Shown: positions 48,846 to 61,816 of the stretch, piece after piece
How the letters are laid out: each line of letters opens with the position of its first letter
Position numbering within the stretch: the first letter of the stretch is position 1
Assembly (NCBI GenBank): GCA_040752415.1
Contig: JBFMGU010000013.1
Location: 1 to 64,000, forward strand
Source: Myxococcota bacterium
Lineage (GTDB): Bacteria; Myxococcota; JACRCW01
DNA: 64,000 nucleotides
Reading direction: 5' to 3'
Notes under the pieces: model-generated
The model's input: only the letters and a program-made list of their open reading frames with translations
The model's database searches: none
What the model was told of the DNA's origin: nothing
Program-made: the position numbers and the translations under genes

Positions 48846-50258
48846 ATGGCCATCAGCGTGTTCGACCTGTTCAAGATTGGCATTGGCCCCAGCAGCTCAC
48901 ACACCGTGGGCCCCATGCGCGCGGCGCGTTCGTTCGTCGTGGAGCTGGAGGGCGCGGGCCTGTTGCCGCGGACCACCGCGGTGGAGGCGGAGCTGTTCGG
49001 CTCGCTGGGCGCCACCGGGCGCGGGCACGGGACGGACAAGGCCGTGGTGCTGGGCCTCATGGGTGAGACGCCCGACGGTGTCGACGTGGAATCCATTGAA
49101 GGCACCATGACCGCGCTGCGCCGCGACGCGCGTCTCAGGCTGCTGGGCCGTCACGAGGTGGCGTTCCATCCCGCCGAGCAGCTCTCCTTCCTGCGCAAGA
49201 GCCTGCCCTACCACCCCAACGGCATGCGCTTCACCGCGCGCTCCCACGACGGAACGGAGCCGCGCTCCCGGGTGTACTACTCGGTGGGCGGCGGCTTCGT
49301 TGTCGACGAGAACGCGGCCAGCGGTCAGTCCCCCATCATGCCCGACGCCACGCCCCTGCCCCACCCGTTCCGCTCCGCGGCGGAGTTGCTGGCGCTGTGC
49401 GCGCGGCATCGCCTGAGCATCAGCCAGGTGATGTTGGAGAACGAGCGGGCCTTCCGTCCCGAGGAGGAGACGCGCGCCGGGCTGCTGCGCACCTGGAACA
49501 CCATGCGGGAGTGCATCCAGCGCGGCTATCGCACCGAGGGCGTGTTGCCCGGCGGGCTCAAGGTTCCACGACGTGCGCCAGCGCTGTACCGCAAGCTCAT
49601 CGAGAACCCGGAGGCCGGCCTGCGTGACCCGCTCACGGCCATGGACTGGGTGAGCCTGTACGCGCTTGCCGTGAACGAGGAGAACGCGGCGGGCGGTCGC
49701 GTGGTGACGGCGCCCACCAACGGCGCGGCGGGAATCGTCCCCGCGGTGCTGCACTACTACCGGAAGTTCGTGTCCTCCGCGTCCGACGACGGCGTGGTCC
49801 GCTTCCTGCTCACCGCGGGCGCCATTGGCGTGCTCTACAAGGAGAACGCGTCCATCAGCGGCGCGGAGGTGGGCTGCCAGGGTGAGGTGGGCTCGGCGTG
49901 CTCCATGGCGGCGGGCGGATTGGCGGAGGTGCTGGGGGGAACGCCGGCGCAGGTGGAGAACGCGGCGGAGATTGCCATGGAGCACAACCTGGGACTCACC
50001 TGCGACCCCATTGGCGGGCTGGTGCAGGTCCCGTGCATCGAGCGCAACGCCATGGCCGCGGTGAAGGCCATCAACGCCGCGCGCATGGCCCTGCATGGCG
50101 ACGGACAGCACTTCGTCAGCCTGGACAAGGTCATCAAGACCATGCGCGACACCGGCGCGGACATGAAGGCCAAGTACAAGGAGACCGCGCGCGGTGGCCT
50201 GGCGCTGCACGTGCTGGAGGCGCCGCCGGATTTCAGCGTGAACCTGCCGGAGTGCTGA
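48846..50258 (+). CDS. sdaA: L-serine ammonia-lyase, Fe-S dependent, single chain
   Basis: [56 protein letters not shown]...[17 protein letters not shown]. Confidence 0.97.
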   Translation: MAISVFDLFKIGIGPSSSHTVGPMRAARSFVVELEGAGLLPRTTAVEAELFGSLGATGRGHGTDKAVVLGLMGETPDGVDVESIEGTMTALRRDARLRLLGRHEVAFHPAEQLSFLRKSLPYHPNGMRFTARSHDGTEPRSRVYYSVGGGFVVDENAASGQSPIMPDATPLPHPFRSAAELLALCARHRLSISQVMLENERAFRPEEETRAGLLRTWNTMRECIQRGYRTEGVLPGGLKVPRRAPALYRKLIENPEAGLRDPLTAMDWVSLYALAVNEENAAGGRVVTAPTNGAAGIVPAVLHYYRKFVSSASDDGVVRFLLTAGAIGVLYKENASISGAEVGCQGEVGSACSMAAGGLAEVLGGTPAQVENAAEIAMEHNLGLTCDPIGGLVQVPCIERNAMAAVKAINAARMALHGDGQHFVSLDKVIKTMRDTGADMKAKYKETARGGLALHVLEAPPDFSVNLPEC

Positions 50259-50297
50259 GGACCGGGCGGCCGCATCGTCAGCCGCCCGATCCCTCCC

Positions 50298-53200
50298 TCA
50301 CCGACGTCGTCGCCGCGTTCCCGCGAGCAGCACCGCCCCCAACAACGCGAGCAGCGGCGTCGGCCCGTTGCCCGCCTCCGCACAACGACACAATCCCGGC
50401 GTGCTTCCCGTGCCCGGTTCCTCGGGCGGAGTGCTCACCCCCGCGTCGGGTGACGTCTTGCCAGCATCGACGGTGACAGGCTCCCCCGCGTCGGGAGCGC
50501 CAGCGTCGGGCGTGACCGCGGCATCTGGTGTCACCGCGGCATCCGGTGTCACCGCGCCGTCCGGTGTCACCGCGGCATCCGGGGTCCCGGCATCCGCACC
50601 CGCATCCAGGATCTCACCCGCATCCTCCGGGCCAGCATCGAGCGCCACCGCCGCGTCCGTCGTCACGCCGGCGTCCTCCGCCACACCCGCGTCGGCGTCG
50701 GGCGCGTCGCACGCGTCACCCACGCCGTCGTCATCCGTGTCCGCCTGGTCGGCATTGGAGACGGTGCGACAGTTGTCGGCGCCATCGTCGTGGCCATCCG
50801 CATCGGAGTCGCGCTGGCGGAAGTCCGGCGTGCCGTTGTCATCGGTGTCCGCGGCGGGGGTGCCCAGGTCCGCGTCGCCGGCCTCATCCGCGTCGGACAC
50901 ACCGTCGCCGTCGGAGTCATCGTCCAGCGCGTCGATGGTGCTGTCGTTGTCCACGTTGCTGGGTGCCTGCGCGTCCACCAGCTCCACGAGGTCGTCCAGG
51001 CCGTCTCCGTCGGAGTCCGGGCTGCCGGCGTTGAGGGCCAGCTCGCCTTCGCGCGTGTCCGCCACGCCGTCGCGGTCCAGGTCGCGGAACGTCACCACCG
51101 CGGTGAGGACGCGGTGCGTCTCCTCGGTCCCGTCGGTGGCGTAGATGTCCAGCGTCACGGTGCCCGCCTGCGCGTAGGTGGGCCGCCACGAGAACAGGCC
51201 GATGTTGGGATCCACGACCGCACCCGCCGGGAGGTTCGTGCCGCCGTAGGTCACCGCGGTCCCGTCGGGATCCGTGGCCGCCACCAGGAATGAGAGCAGG
51301 TTTCCTTCGGACGCCGTCAACGTCACGTCGTCGGCGGGGGTGGGCTGAACCAGCACGGGCGGGTCATTGACGGGCGTGATGGTGACCTCCACCGTGGCCA
51401 GTCCGGAGTCCAGCTGACCGTCCCGCGCACGGAAAGTGAACACGTCCCGCCCGTTGAAGTTCGGCGCCGGGGTGTAGACCAGGTTCGGCCCCGTACCCGA
51501 GAGCGTGCCGTTCACCGGCGTCGTCACCACCTGGAAGGTGAGTGTGCTGCCCTCCGGGTCGGTGGCCAGCAGCGTGATGTTCAGCGACGTGTCCTCCGGC
51601 GTGCTGAATGACGCGTCAAACGCCACCGGCGCCGCATTCCCCTGCGCCACGGTCAGCTGCACCCGCGCGGCGGCGGACACCGCCACGCCGTCGCTGACGG
51701 TGAAGGTGAACTCGTCGGGGCCCAGGTAGCCCTGGTCCGGCGTGTACGCCAGGTTGGGAGGCGTGCCGCTGAGCTGTCCGTGGGTGGGAACCGTCAGCAC
51801 CGCGTACTGCAGCGCATCCCCGTCCACGTCGCTGCCGGTCAGCGTGATACCCACGGTGGCATCCAACTGCGTGGTCACGGACCGACCGTCCGCCACCGGA
51901 GCGTCGTTCACCGACTGCACATCCAGCGTGATCGTTCCCGGGGCCGAGGTCGAGACACCGTCGTCGACCGTGAACGTGAAGGTCTCCGTGCCGTGGAAGT
52001 CCGCCTCCGGCGTGTAGACCAGGTTGGGCGGGTCACCCGACAACGTTCCGCGCTCGGGAGGGTCCAGCACCGTGAACGTCAGCGGGTCGCCCTCGGCGTC
52101 AAAGCCCGTGAGCGTCACCGGAACGGCAGAATCCTCGTCCAGGGTGATGGTCTGCTCCTCCGCCACCGGCGCATCCAGGCTCCCCACCACGTTGATGCTC
52201 ACAGTGACCACGGCGGAATCGGCGCTGCCGTCGTTGGCCCGGAACGTGAAGCTGTCCACGCCGTTGTAGTTGACGTCGGGCGTGTAGGTCAGGTCGGGTG
52301 CCGTGCCGGAGAGCGTCCCGTTCGTGGGGGCACCCACCACCGCGTAGCTGAGCGGGTCGCCGTCCACGTCGGTGGCCGAGAGCGTGATGCTCCGCGGCGT
52401 GTCCTCCACCACCGTCACGCTCTGGCCGTTGGCCACCGGGGCGTCGTTCACCGACGTCACGGTGATGCTCACGTTGGCCACCGCGGACGAGGCCGCGCCA
52501 TCCGTGACGTGGAAGGTGAACGAGTCGGACCCGTTGAAGTTGCTTCCTGGCGAGTAGGTCAGGTTGGGCGCGGCGCCCGTCAGCGTCCCGTTGGCCGGCG
52601 GGCTGTCCAGCACGAAGGTCACCGTGTCCCCGTCGACGTCGCTCCCTGCCAGCACGACGTTGACCGGCTGGTCCTCGGGGGTGGCGGCACTGGCGTCACT
52701 TGCCAGCGGCGCGTCGTTGACCCCGGTCACGGTGACCGAGACCAAGGCGGTGGCCGTGCCCCCAGCCCCGTCGGCAACCACGTAGGTGAAGGAGTCCGAG
52801 CCCTGGAAGTCCAGGTCCGGCACGTAGGTCACCGTGCCATCCGCGTTCACCAGCACCACGCCGTTGCTGGCACCCGTGGCGTCCACGACCTGGAGCGGGT
52901 CCCCGTCGGCATCACCGTCGTTGTCCAGCACGCTCACGTCGGTGGAGGAGTCCTCGGCCAGGGTCGCGGAGTCGCTGAGCGCCACCGGCGCGTCGTTCCG
53001 CGCGGTCACCGTCACCGAGACGGACCCGGTGGCCGTGCCTCCCTGCCCGTCGGAGACGGTGTAGCTGAAGGTGTCCGTGCCGTTGAAGTTGCTGGCGGGG
53101 GCGTAGTGGATGGTGCCGTTGGCGTTGACGGACGCCGTGCCGTTGCCGGGCGTTCCCAGCCCGGACACCGTCAGCGTGTCGGCGTCGGCGTCGGTGTCAT

Positions 53201-56200
53201 TGTCCGTCGCCGGGATGTCCACTGCAACGTCCTCGTTGGTGGTCGCCACGTCGGCGTTGGCCACCGGGATGTCGTTCACGGGCGTGATGGTGACGTTGAC
53301 CGTGGCGGTGGCGGTTCCGCCGTTGCCGTCGGAGATGGTGTAGGTGAAGGAATCGGAGCCGTTGGCGTTGGCATTTGGCGCGTAACGCACCGTGTTGTCC
53401 GCGTTGATCGACGCGATGCCCCGGGCGCCATTGGTCACCGCCGTGACCGTCAAGGTGTCGCCATCAACATCGGAGTCGTTGGCCTTCACGTTGAGGCTGG
53501 CCGCCGCGTCCTCACTGGTGGTCACCGAGTCACCGTTGGCCACCGGGTTGTCATTGACCGCGGTGATGGTGACGCCCACCGTGGCGGTGGCGGTCCCTCC
53601 GTTTCCATCGGAGATGGTGTACGTGAAGCTGTCGGTGCCGTTCTGGTTGGAATCCGGCGTATAGCGCACGGTGTTGTCGGCATTGATGGACACCGCACCC
53701 CTGGTCCCGTTGGTCACCGCCGTCACCGTCAACGCGTCCCCATCCACGTCGCTGTCATTGGCCTTGACGTTGAGGTCGGCGAACGCGTCCTCGTTGGTCG
53801 TCAGCGAATCGTCCAGGGCCACGGGAGCGTCGTTGACCGCGCTGACCGTGACGGACACGGTACCGGTCGCGGTGCCACCGTTGCCGTCCGAGATGGAGTA
53901 GGTGAAGGAATCCGTGCCGTTGAAGTGCAGTGCCGGCTGGTAGCGTATGGTCTGGTCGGCATTGAGCGTCAGCGCGCCATTCCCCGCGGCGCCAACCGCC
54001 GTCACGGTCAACACGTCGCCTTCCACGTCGCTGTCGTTGGCCCGCACATCCACGTTGACGGCGGCGTCCTCGTTGGTCGTGGCGCTGTCCGCCGTCGCCA
54101 CCGGGGCGTCGTTGACCGCGGTGATGGTCACCGTCACGGACGCGGAGCTCGTCGCGTTGAAGATGTCGCGGATGGTGTAGGTGAATGAGTCGGTTCCGGA
54201 GAAGTTGGGGTTGGGCGTGTAACGCACGGTGTTGCCTGCGTTGATGGACACCGTGCCGTTGCCGGCGGCCCCCACGGCAATCACCGTCAACGCATCGTTC
54301 TCCGGGTCGGTATCGTTGGCCTTCACATCCACGTCGACGGCCACGTCCTCACTGGTCATCGCGGTGTCGTTGGCGGCCACCGGGGGGTCATTGCCCAAAG
54401 CAACCACCACGTTGACGACGCCCGTGGCCGCACCGCCGTTGCCGTCGGAGACCGTGTAGGTGAATGAGTCGGTCCCGTTGAAGTCCAGCGCCGGCGCGTA
54501 GCGCACCGTCTGGTCCGCATTCAGCGTCACCGTACCATTGGACGCCGTGCCCACGGCGGTCACCGTCAACGCGTCGCCATCAACATCCAGGTCGTTGGCC
54601 TTGACGTCCACGGTGACCGGGGTGTCCTCCGAGGTCCCCACCGAGTCCGTGCCGGCCACCGGGTCGTCATTGACGGGGGTGATGGTGACGTTGACCGTGG
54701 CGGTTGCGGTCCCGCCGCTCCCGTCGGAGATCGTGTAAGTGAAAGTGTCGGCACCATTGGCGTTCGCATCCGGCGTGTACCGCACCGTGTTGTCCGCGTT
54801 GATCGCCACCGTGCCCCTGGCGCCGTTGCTCACCGCGGTCACCGTCAGCGGGTTGCCCTCCACGTCAGTGTCGTTGGCCTTCACGTCGATGTTGCCGGCC
54901 GCGTCCTCACTGGTGGTCAAGGCGTCGGCGTTGGCCACCGGGCTGTCGTTGATCGCGGTGATGGTCACGTTCACCGTGGCGGTGGCCGTACCCCCGTTCC
55001 CGTCGGAGATGGTGTACGTGAAGCTGTCCGTGCCGCTCTCGTTGGGATTCGGCAGGTAGCGCACCGTGTTGTCGGCGTTGATGGATGCCGTGCCCTTGGC
55101 GCCGTTGGTCACCGTGGTGACGGTCAGCGCGCCGCCGTCCCCATCCGTGTCGTTGGCCTTCACGTCGATGTTCGCGGCGGTATCCTCGCTGGTCGTCAGC
55201 GTGTCGTTGCTCGCCGTGGGATTGTCATTGATCGGGTTGACGGTGACATTCACGGTGCCTGTGGCAGTGCCGCCGTTCCCGTCGGAGATGGTGTAGGTGA
55301 ACGAGTCGGTGCCGCCGAAATTGGCCGCCGGCGTGAAGCTCACCGTGTTGCCGCCGTTGATGGAGACCGTACCGTTTGCTCCCTGGGTGACTGCGGTCAC
55401 GGTGAGGGTGTCCCCGTCCGGGTCACTGTCGTTGGCCTTCACCGCAATGGTGATGCTGGTGTCCTCGTCGAGGCTGGCGGTGTCGTCGTTGGCCACGGGG
55501 GAGTCGTTGACCGGCGTGATGTTCACGTTCACCACACCCGTGGCCGTCCCGCCGTTACCGTCCGAGACGGTGTAGAAGAAGGAGTCCGAACCGTTGGCAT
55601 TGGGGTTGGGCGCATAGCGGATGGTGTGGTCCGCGTTGACGGTGGTTGTGCCAAGCGTGCCGTCGGTCGCGGCAATCACGGAGAGCGAGTCGCCATCGAC
55701 GTCGGTGTCATTGGCCCGCACGTCAATGACGAGGTCCGCATCCTCCGCGGTGGTGAGGTCATCCGGCGTTGCCACCGGCGTGTCGTTCACGGCGCTGATG
55801 GTCACTGTCACCGTGCCAAACGAAGTTCCACCGTTCCCATCCGACACCGCGTAACTGAAGGTGTCCGTGCCATTCGCGTTGGCGTTGGGCGTGTAACGTA
55901 CCGTGTTGTCCGCATTGATGCTGGTGGTGCCCTTGGCGCCATCGGTGCTCACGGTGACCGTCAGCGTGTCGCCATCCGCGTCGGTGTCGTTCGCCCGGAC
56001 GTCCACGTCGACCGTGGTGTCCTCGCTGGTTGCTGGATTGTCGGCATTCGCAACCGGGTTGTCGTTGATCGCGGTGATGCTGACGTTGACGGAACCGGTG
56101 GCGGTACCGCCGTTCCCGTCGGAGATGGTGTACGTGAAGCTGTCCGTGCCGTTGGCATTCGCACTGGGCGTGTACCGCACGGTGTTGTCTCCGTTGATCG

Positions 56201-59200
56201 ACGCCGTGCCCCTGGCGCCATTGGTCACCGCGATGACCGTCAGCGCATCCCCGTCGGCGTCCGTGTCATTGGCCTTCACAACGACGTTGGCGGCCGTGTC
56301 CTCATCCGTTGTCAACGCGTCGACGTTTGCCACCGGGATGTCGTTGACGGCAGTGATGGTGACGTTCACCGTGCCGGTGGCGGTTCCGCCGTTTCCGTCG
56401 GAGATGGTGTAGGTGAATGAGTCCGCGCCGTTCTGGTTGAGGTTTGGCGTGTAGCGCACCGTGTTGTCGGCGTTGATCGATGCCGTACCCCTGGCGCCGT
56501 TGGTCACCGCAAGGACGGTCAGCGTGTCGCCATCGACGTCGGAATCGTTGGTCTTGACCTCGACGTTGGCCGGCGTGTCTTCGCTGGTTGTCAGGCTGTC
56601 GGGATTGGCTACTGGATTGTCGTTGACGGCGTTGATGGTGACGGTCGCCGTGCCGGTGGCGGTGCCGCCGTTTCCGTCGGAGATGGTGTAGGTGAATGAG
56701 TCGGCGCCGTTCTGGTTGAGGTTTGGCGTGTAGCGCACCGTGTTGTCGGCGTTGATGGACGCCGTGCCCCTGGCGCCATTGGTCACCGCGACGACGGTCA
56801 GCGTGTCGCCATCGACGTCGGAATCATTGGTCTTGACATTGATGTCGGCTGGCGTGTCCTCGCTGGTGGTCAGCGGGTCGGTGATGGCCACCGGGTTGTC
56901 GTTGACGGCGGTGATGGTGACATTCACCGTGCCGGTGGCGGTGCCGCCATTCCCGTCGGAGATGGTGTAGGTGAATGAGTCGGCGCCGTTCTGGTTGAGG
57001 TTCGGCGTGTAGCGCACCGTGTTGTCGGCGTTGATGGACGCCGTGCCCTTGGCGCCGTTGGTCACCGCGACGACGGTCAGCGTGTCGCCATCGACATCGG
57101 AATCGTTGGTCTTGACCTCGACGTTGGCCGGCGTGTCCTCGCTGGTTGTCAGGGTGTCGGGATTGGCTACCGGATTGTCGTTGACGGCGTTGATGGTGAT
57201 GTTCACCGTACCGGTGGCGGTGCCGCCGTTCCCGTCGGAGATGGTGTAGGTGAATGAGTCGGCGCCGTTCTGGTTGAGGTTCGGCGTGTAGCGCACCGTG
57301 TTGTCGGCATTGATGGACGTGGTGCCCTTGGCGCCGTTGGTCACCGCGGTCACCGTCAGGGTGTCCCCGTCCGGGTCGGAGTCATTGGCCTTCACCGCAA
57401 CGTTCACCGCGACGTCCTCACTGGTCGTGGCGGCGTCGGGGTTGGCCACCGGCGCTCCCTGCAGCGTCACGACCGCCGATCCCGGCAGCGCGTTGCTCTG
57501 GACCCACAGCAGGTACTTGCCCACGGGCCAGCTCGGCAGCGTCACCTGCGCCTGGGTGGCGGAGAACTGCGTCGCGGTGAGGAATGCCAGCCGTTGCCCG
57601 CCCAGATCCTCGATGGCGGCAATCGGGACGTTGGAGGGTGAATCCGCCGTGTTGCTGGAGCTGGCGCTGGAGACACCCCGGAATCCCGACCCCGTCACGG
57701 TGATGCTTGCCCCAGCCGTTGCCACCGAGGGACCCGTCACCACCGGCCGCCAGGCGTCCTGCGCACCCACGACGCTGAGCAACTCCGCCGTCGCCGTGTA
57801 CCCACCGAACCCGTTGGCTCCTCCCGCCGTCAGCACCTTGCCCGACGGAAGGAGTGTGGTGGTGGGGCCTTCGTGCTGGCTGCCGAGTGTTGCGCTGGTG
57901 GAGAAGGTGGCGGTGCCGGGGTCGTAGATCTCGGACTCCGTGGGGCTGATGCCGCGGCCCCCCGTCACCAACACCAGCCCCGACGGGAGCCGCGTCAGCG
58001 TGTGCGCGCGCCGCGCGTATACCAACGAGCCCGTGGTGCTCCAGGTGTTGGTGGCGGGGTCATACAGCTCCGCCGACGACAGGTAGCTGCCGTTGTCGCC
58101 TCCCGCCACCAGGACCTTGCCCGACGTCAGGAGCGTCGCGGCAAAGTACTGGCGCAACGTCGACATGAACGCTGTCGTGCTCCAGGTTTCCGTTGCGGGG
58201 TCGTACACGTACCCCACGAGCGACCCGACGACGAGCACGCGGTCGGTCAGCAACAGGACCGCAACGCCGCCCCACACCGCACCGGGCATGGCACTGGTGG
58301 AGGTCCACGTCTCGGTCGACGGGTCGTAGAGCTCCGCGGAAGCGAGGGAGCTGCCATTGTACCCCCCCGCCACCAACACCTTGCCCGACGGGAGCAACGT
58401 CGCGGTGTGGTCGGAGCGGGCGGTGGCCAGTGAAGCGGTGAAGCTCCAGTTGCCCGTCGCGGGATCATAGATCTCCGCCGACGAGAGGTAGGCCGACCCG
58501 TTGTAGCCGCCCACCACCAGGACCTTGCCCGAGCGCAGCAACGTGGCGGTATGGCTGCGACGCGCGTTGCCCAGGGAGTTGGCGACACTCCACGCGCCGG
58601 TGGCGGGATCATAGAGCTCCGCGGACGCCAGGTAGCTGGAGTTGTAACCCCCCGCCACCAGGACCTTCCCCGACGGCAGCAGCGTGGCGGTGTGCATGCC
58701 GCGCGCGCTGGTCAGGGAAGCGGTGGCGTTCCAGGTCCGGCCCCCCGGGTCGTACATGGTCGTCGTGGCGACGAAGCTCGTCCCGTCGTAGCCCCCCGTG
58801 ATGAACGTCTTGCCGTTGGGGAGCAGCGTGGCGGTGTGACCCTCGCGCGCGCTGGCCATGGGCGTGACACCGCTCCAGGTGCCCGTGGTTGGGTCGTAGG
58901 ACTCCACGGAGGCCAGGGTCGTCCCGCCCAGCCCGCCCACGACGAGCACGCTGCCGGAGGGCTGCAGCGTGGCGCGGTGTCGTCGCCGGGCTGTGGCCAT
59001 GGAGCCGGTGGAGCTCCATCCGCCCGTACCGGGGTCGTACAATTCCGCGAAGGCAAGGGCGCTCCCGTTGAAGCCTCCCGCCACCAGCACCTTGCCCGAC
59101 GGCAGCAGCGTGGCGGTGTGCAACTCCCGGTCCCGGGACATCGCGCCCGTCGAGCTCCAGCTCCCCGACGACGGGTCATACAGCTCGGCCGAGTACAGGT

Positions 59201-60563
59201 AGCTGCCGTTGTATCCGCCGACGACCAACACCTTGCTGTTGCCGAGCAACGTGGCGGTGTGGTTGATGCGCGAGGTGGCCATGGCTCCCGTCCCGCTCCA
59301 GGTGCCGGTGGTCGGGTCGTACAGCTCCGCCGAGCTCTGCGGGAAACCGTTGCTGTTGCCGCCCGCCACCAGCACGCTGCCCGTCGCGAGGAGCGTGGCG
59401 GTGTGTTGGCTCCGCGGAATGAAGGGGGAGCCCGCGGGGCTCCACGTTCCCGTGCTGGGATCAAAGACCTCCGCGGTGGCAACGGTGGCGCTCCCGTTGT
59501 AGCCCCCCACCACCAGCACCTTTCCCGACGGGAGCAGGGTGGCGGTGTGGTCGTTCCGTGCGGCGGCCAGGGAGCCGGTGGCGCTCCACGTTCCCGTGAG
59601 CGGGTCGTACAGCTCGGCCGACGCGAGATAGCCCGGGTTGTAACCGCCCGCGACCAGGATCCTCCCGGAAGCGAGCAGCGTGGCGGTGTGGCGGGAACGC
59701 GCCGTGGCCATGGCGCTGGTGGCGCTCCACCCGGGGTCCACCACCACCGGCCCGTGCAAGCCCGTGAGATCAACCCGCATGGCCAACGTCACCTGCCGCC
59801 CGAGCGGCCGGTACCTGCCAGCGCCCAACCCCTCCACCCCGTCCAACTGCAGCACGCCCGGCCGCGTCTCCCCGCGCTCGTCGCGCGCCACCATTCCGTG
59901 CGCGCGGAGCACGGGCATCTTCTCGTCGTTCCAGAACTCGAGGTACTCGCCGGCGTCCTTCAGGAGCCAACGCCCCGCGGGAAGCTCCACGACGTAGCGT
60001 TCCTCCATCATGCCCTCGCCACGGGGAAGGACCGCGTATTCCTCGACGCGTTGGGTCACCCAGTCCCCGTCGGACGAGCTCCCCTCGGTGGGCACCCAGA
60101 AGCTTCGTGGACCGAAGAAGACGGCTCCGTTCCCCTGCGTCGTTTCCTGGCCATCAACCGCGGTCACCTTCCGGACCCGGAACGCATGCCCACGCGCCAG
60201 CAACTCCATCTCGCCGTCGGAGCGGCCGGGAATGCGCACGCGGAGCGCCGACTCAGGGTTGATGGGAGCGGCTGACGACGCGCCGTCACCCAACGGCCTG
60301 GCGAATTCCGGGAAGTACGCGCGCGCCAGGCCGAGCAGCGTTGCCTGGTTCTCCTCCCGACGGAACGCCTCCGCCGCGCTTGAACGCTGCTCCGCCCACG
60401 CGCGTTCGCGTTGATCCTCGCGCTCTCGCGTGCCCGACGGGACCGCACAGGACAGCCCGCCCGCCATCACCGCAAGCACCGCAATTCCCTTGATGCCCAC
60501 CGGCGCGCGCACGGTGGAGACACCACCCAGCACCCTGAGCGCGCCGCTCGCCCAACGCTTCAT
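50298..60563 (-). CDS. Giant surface protein: ~14 Kelch repeats, ~22 cadherin/Big_9-like repeats, Ig-like domain, TSP3-like repeats, MYXO-CTERM-like tail
   Basis: [16 protein letters not shown] repeats; PVAxxD...ED...DxDGD...YTP...[10 protein letters not shown] repeats; DNC...[20 protein letters not shown]...[10 protein letters not shown]; start 60563 (alternative 60671). Confidence 0.93.
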   Translation of the reverse strand: MKRWASGALRVLGGVSTVRAPVGIKGIAVLAVMAGGLSCAVPSGTREREDQRERAWAEQRSSAAEAFRREENQATLLGLARAYFPEFARPLGDGASSAAPINPESALRVRIPGRSDGEMELLARGHAFRVRKVTAVDGQETTQGNGAVFFGPRSFWVPTEGSSSDGDWVTQRVEEYAVLPRGEGMMEERYVVELPAGRWLLKDAGEYLEFWNDEKMPVLRAHGMVARDERGETRPGVLQLDGVEGLGAGRYRPLGRQVTLAMRVDLTGLHGPVVVDPGWSATSAMATARSRHTATLLASGRILVAGGYNPGYLASAELYDPLTGTWSATGSLAAARNDHTATLLPSGKVLVVGGYNGSATVATAEVFDPSTGTWSPAGSPFIPRSQHTATLLATGSVLVAGGNSNGFPQSSAELYDPTTGTWSGTGAMATSRINHTATLLGNSKVLVVGGYNGSYLYSAELYDPSSGSWSSTGAMSRDRELHTATLLPSGKVLVAGGFNGSALAFAELYDPGTGGWSSTGSMATARRRHRATLQPSGSVLVVGGLGGTTLASVESYDPTTGTWSGVTPMASAREGHTATLLPNGKTFITGGYDGTSFVATTTMYDPGGRTWNATASLTSARGMHTATLLPSGKVLVAGGYNSSYLASAELYDPATGAWSVANSLGNARRSHTATLLRSGKVLVVGGYNGSAYLSSAEIYDPATGNWSFTASLATARSDHTATLLPSGKVLVAGGYNGSSLASAELYDPSTETWTSTSAMPGAVWGGVAVLLLTDRVLVVGSLVGYVYDPATETWSTTAFMSTLRQYFAATLLTSGKVLVAGGDNGSYLSSAELYDPATNTWSTTGSLVYARRAHTLTRLPSGLVLVTGGRGISPTESEIYDPGTATFSTSATLGSQHEGPTTTLLPSGKVLTAGGANGFGGYTATAELLSVVGAQDAWRPVVTGPSVATAGASITVTGSGFRGVSSASSSNTADSPSNVPIAAIEDLGGQRLAFLTATQFSATQAQVTLPSWPVGKYLLWVQSNALPGSAVVTLQGAPVANPDAATTSEDVAVNVAVKANDSDPDGDTLTVTAVTNGAKGTTSINADNTVRYTPNLNQNGADSFTYTISDGNGGTATGTVNITINAVNDNPVANPDTLTTSEDTPANVEVKTNDSDVDGDTLTVVAVTNGAKGTASINADNTVRYTPNLNQNGADSFTYTISDGNGGTATGTVNVTITAVNDNPVAITDPLTTSEDTPADINVKTNDSDVDGDTLTVVAVTNGARGTASINADNTVRYTPNLNQNGADSFTYTISDGNGGTATGTATVTINAVNDNPVANPDSLTTSEDTPANVEVKTNDSDVDGDTLTVLAVTNGARGTASINADNTVRYTPNLNQNGADSFTYTISDGNGGTATGTVNVTITAVNDIPVANVDALTTDEDTAANVVVKANDTDADGDALTVIAVTNGARGTASINGDNTVRYTPSANANGTDSFTYTISDGNGGTATGSVNVSITAINDNPVANADNPATSEDTTVDVDVRANDTDADGDTLTVTVSTDGAKGTTSINADNTVRYTPNANANGTDTFSYAVSDGNGGTSFGTVTVTISAVNDTPVATPDDLTTAEDADLVIDVRANDTDVDGDSLSVIAATDGTLGTTTVNADHTIRYAPNPNANGSDSFFYTVSDGNGGTATGVVNVNITPVNDSPVANDDTASLDEDTSITIAVKANDSDPDGDTLTVTAVTQGANGTVSINGGNTVSFTPAANFGGTDSFTYTISDGNGGTATGTVNVTVNPINDNPTASNDTLTTSEDTAANIDVKANDTDGDGGALTVTTVTNGAKGTASINADNTVRYLPNPNESGTDSFTYTISDGNGGTATATVNVTITAINDSPVANADALTTSEDAAGNIDVKANDTDVEGNPLTVTAVSNGARGTVAINADNTVRYTPDANANGADTFTYTISDGSGGTATATVNVTITPVNDDPVAGTDSVGTSEDTPVTVDVKANDLDVDGDALTVTAVGTASNGTVTLNADQTVRYAPALDFNGTDSFTYTVSDGNGGAATGVVNVVVALGNDPPVAANDTAMTSEDVAVDVDVKANDTDPENDALTVIAVGAAGNGTVSINAGNTVRYTPNPNFSGTDSFTYTIRDIFNATSSASVTVTITAVNDAPVATADSATTNEDAAVNVDVRANDSDVEGDVLTVTAVGAAGNGALTLNADQTIRYQPALHFNGTDSFTYSISDGNGGTATGTVSVTVSAVNDAPVALDDSLTTNEDAFADLNVKANDSDVDGDALTVTAVTNGTRGAVSINADNTVRYTPDSNQNGTDSFTYTISDGNGGTATATVGVTITAVNDNPVANGDSVTTSEDAAASLNVKANDSDVDGDTLTVTAVTNGARGIASINADNTVRYAPNANANGSDSFTYTISDGNGGTATATVNVTITPVNDIPVANADVATTNEDVAVDIPATDNDTDADADTLTVSGLGTPGNGTASVNANGTIHYAPASNFNGTDTFSYTVSDGQGGTATGSVSVTVTARNDAPVALSDSATLAEDSSTDVSVLDNDGDADGDPLQVVDATGASNGVVLVNADGTVTYVPDLDFQGSDSFTYVVADGAGGTATALVSVTVTGVNDAPLASDASAATPEDQPVNVVLAGSDVDGDTVTFVLDSPPANGTLTGAAPNLTYSPGSNFNGSDSFTFHVTDGAASSAVANVSITVTSVNDAPVANGQSVTVVEDTPRSITLSATDVDGDPLSYAVVGAPTNGTLSGTAPDLTYTPDVNYNGVDSFTFRANDGSADSAVVTVSINVVGSLDAPVAEEQTITLDEDSAVPVTLTGFDAEGDPLTFTVLDPPERGTLSGDPPNLVYTPEADFHGTETFTFTVDDGVSTSAPGTITLDVQSVNDAPVADGRSVTTQLDATVGITLTGSDVDGDALQYAVLTVPTHGQLSGTPPNLAYTPDQGYLGPDEFTFTVSDGVAVSAAARVQLTVAQGNAAPVAFDASFSTPEDTSLNITLLATDPEGSTLTFQVVTTPVNGTLSGTGPNLVYTPAPNFNGRDVFTFRARDGQLDSGLATVEVTITPVNDPPVLVQPTPADDVTLTASEGNLLSFLVAATDPDGTAVTYGGTNLPAGAVVDPNIGLFSWRPTYAQAGTVTLDIYATDGTEETHRVLTAVVTFRDLDRDGVADTREGELALNAGSPDSDGDGLDDLVELVDAQAPSNVDNDSTIDALDDDSDGDGVSDADEAGDADLGTPAADTDDNGTPDFRQRDSDADGHDDGADNCRTVSNADQADTDDDGVGDACDAPDADAGVAEDAGVTTDAAVALDAGPEDAGEILDAGADAGTPDAAVTPDGAVTPDAAVTPDAAVTPDAGAPDAGEPVTVDAGKTSPDAGVSTPPEEPGTGSTPGLCRCAEAGNGPTPLLALLGAVLLAGTRRRRR
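51360..57460. repeat. Intragenic tandem Ig-like repeats (279-nt period in the near-identical block)
   Basis: Shadow ORFs recur at 56461, 56740, 57019, 57298 (279 nt apart). Confidence 0.9.
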
Positions 60564-60783
60564 GTCACCGACTCCCCGGACGTGGCGAGATACGCTGACG
60601 TCCCCAAGAAGACCGCGCGCAGGAGACCACGTTGGAACAATCCGAGTCCAGACCCGCCGTGGCGCGACCATGTGTGCGCGCCTCGCACTTGACGCCCTGC
60701 CCCGCAGAAGGTGCGCGGCGTCACAGGTGGCGCCCTATGTTATGGACGTCGCGCCGCGGGCAACGACGCGCTCCAGGTGAACC

Positions 60784-61815
60784 ATGACCGAGGAACTCTC
60801 GCAGCTCTCCACCCGCATCGCGTCGGCGTTGACGCGTCACACCGGCGGCGCGGTCACGGTGCGCAACCTCAAACCGCTGCACGGCGGTGCGTGCCAGGAC
60901 AACTACCGCGTGGACCTCACGTTCTCGTCGGGACCGCTCCGCGGGGAGCGACGCCTGGCCCTGCGCAGCGACGCGAAACAGAGCCTCCCCGGCTCCATCA
61001 ACCGACAGCGCGAGTTCGACGTGATTGCCGCCGCGGTGCAGGCCGGCGTGCGCACTCCGGCCGCGCATTTCTTCGAGCTGGGACTGGTGCGGGAAGGCGC
61101 GGGCGCCTACTTCCTGGACTGGATCGACGGGGAGGCCATTGGTCGACGCGTGGTGCGGAACCCGGAGCTGGCGCAAGCGCGCACGTCACTGCCCGACGAG
61201 CTGGGAGCGCAACTGGCCCGCATCCACTCCGTCACGCCGCAGAACACGCCGCGCCCGCTCTTTGGTGACGACGTGGCGTGGCGGCAGGGTGCGGCGCAGG
61301 CCTCGCTCGCCGCGCTGCGACGCATGACCGACGCGCTCCCGGAGGTCCATCCCGCCGTGGAGGTGGCGCTGCGCTGGCTGGAGGACCACGTGCCCGCGCG
61401 CAACGAGATCACGCTGGTGCACGGCGACTACCGCACCGGGAACTTCATGGTGACACCGCAGGGCCTCTCCGGCGTGCTGGACTGGGAGTTCGCCCACTGG
61501 GGCGACCCCATGGAGGACCTCGCGTGGATCAGCGTGCGCGACTGGCGCTTTGGTGTGCTGGATCAGCCGGTGGGCGGGTTTTCCCGTCGGGAACCGTTCT
61601 ACGCGGCGTATGAGAAGGCCAGCGGTCGCACGGTGGACACGCGCGCGGTGCGCTACTGGGAAGTCATGGGGAACGTGCGCTGGGCGGTGGGCAGCGTCTA
61701 CCAGGGCGAGCGCTACCTGGGCGGACAGGAATCCGACCTGGAGCTCATCGCCATTGCCCGTCGCGCCGTCGAGATGGAGCACGAAGCGCTGCGCCTCATC
61801 CGCAAGGGAGCCTGA
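60784..61815 (+). CDS. APH-family phosphotransferase (LvaA / ACAD10-11 kinase-like)
   Basis: LHGGACQD, REFDVI, LVHGDYRTGNFM, LDWEFAHWGDPMEDL. Confidence 0.92.
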   Translation: MTEELSQLSTRIASALTRHTGGAVTVRNLKPLHGGACQDNYRVDLTFSSGPLRGERRLALRSDAKQSLPGSINRQREFDVIAAAVQAGVRTPAAHFFELGLVREGAGAYFLDWIDGEAIGRRVVRNPELAQARTSLPDELGAQLARIHSVTPQNTPRPLFGDDVAWRQGAAQASLAALRRMTDALPEVHPAVEVALRWLEDHVPARNEITLVHGDYRTGNFMVTPQGLSGVLDWEFAHWGDPMEDLAWISVRDWRFGVLDQPVGGFSRREPFYAAYEKASGRTVDTRAVRYWEVMGNVRWAVGSVYQGERYLGGQESDLELIAIARRAVEMEHEALRLIRKGA

Positions 61816-61816
61816 C

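Noticed and set aside
48725..49108. N-terminal extension of the knottin ORF
   Set aside because: Overlaps sdaA antisense; a lipoprotein signal and RBS define the start at 48724
60784..61815. Aminoglycoside resistance kinase
   Set aside because: Context with an LvaB-like gene and an acyl-CoA dehydrogenase points to acyl-CoA metabolism
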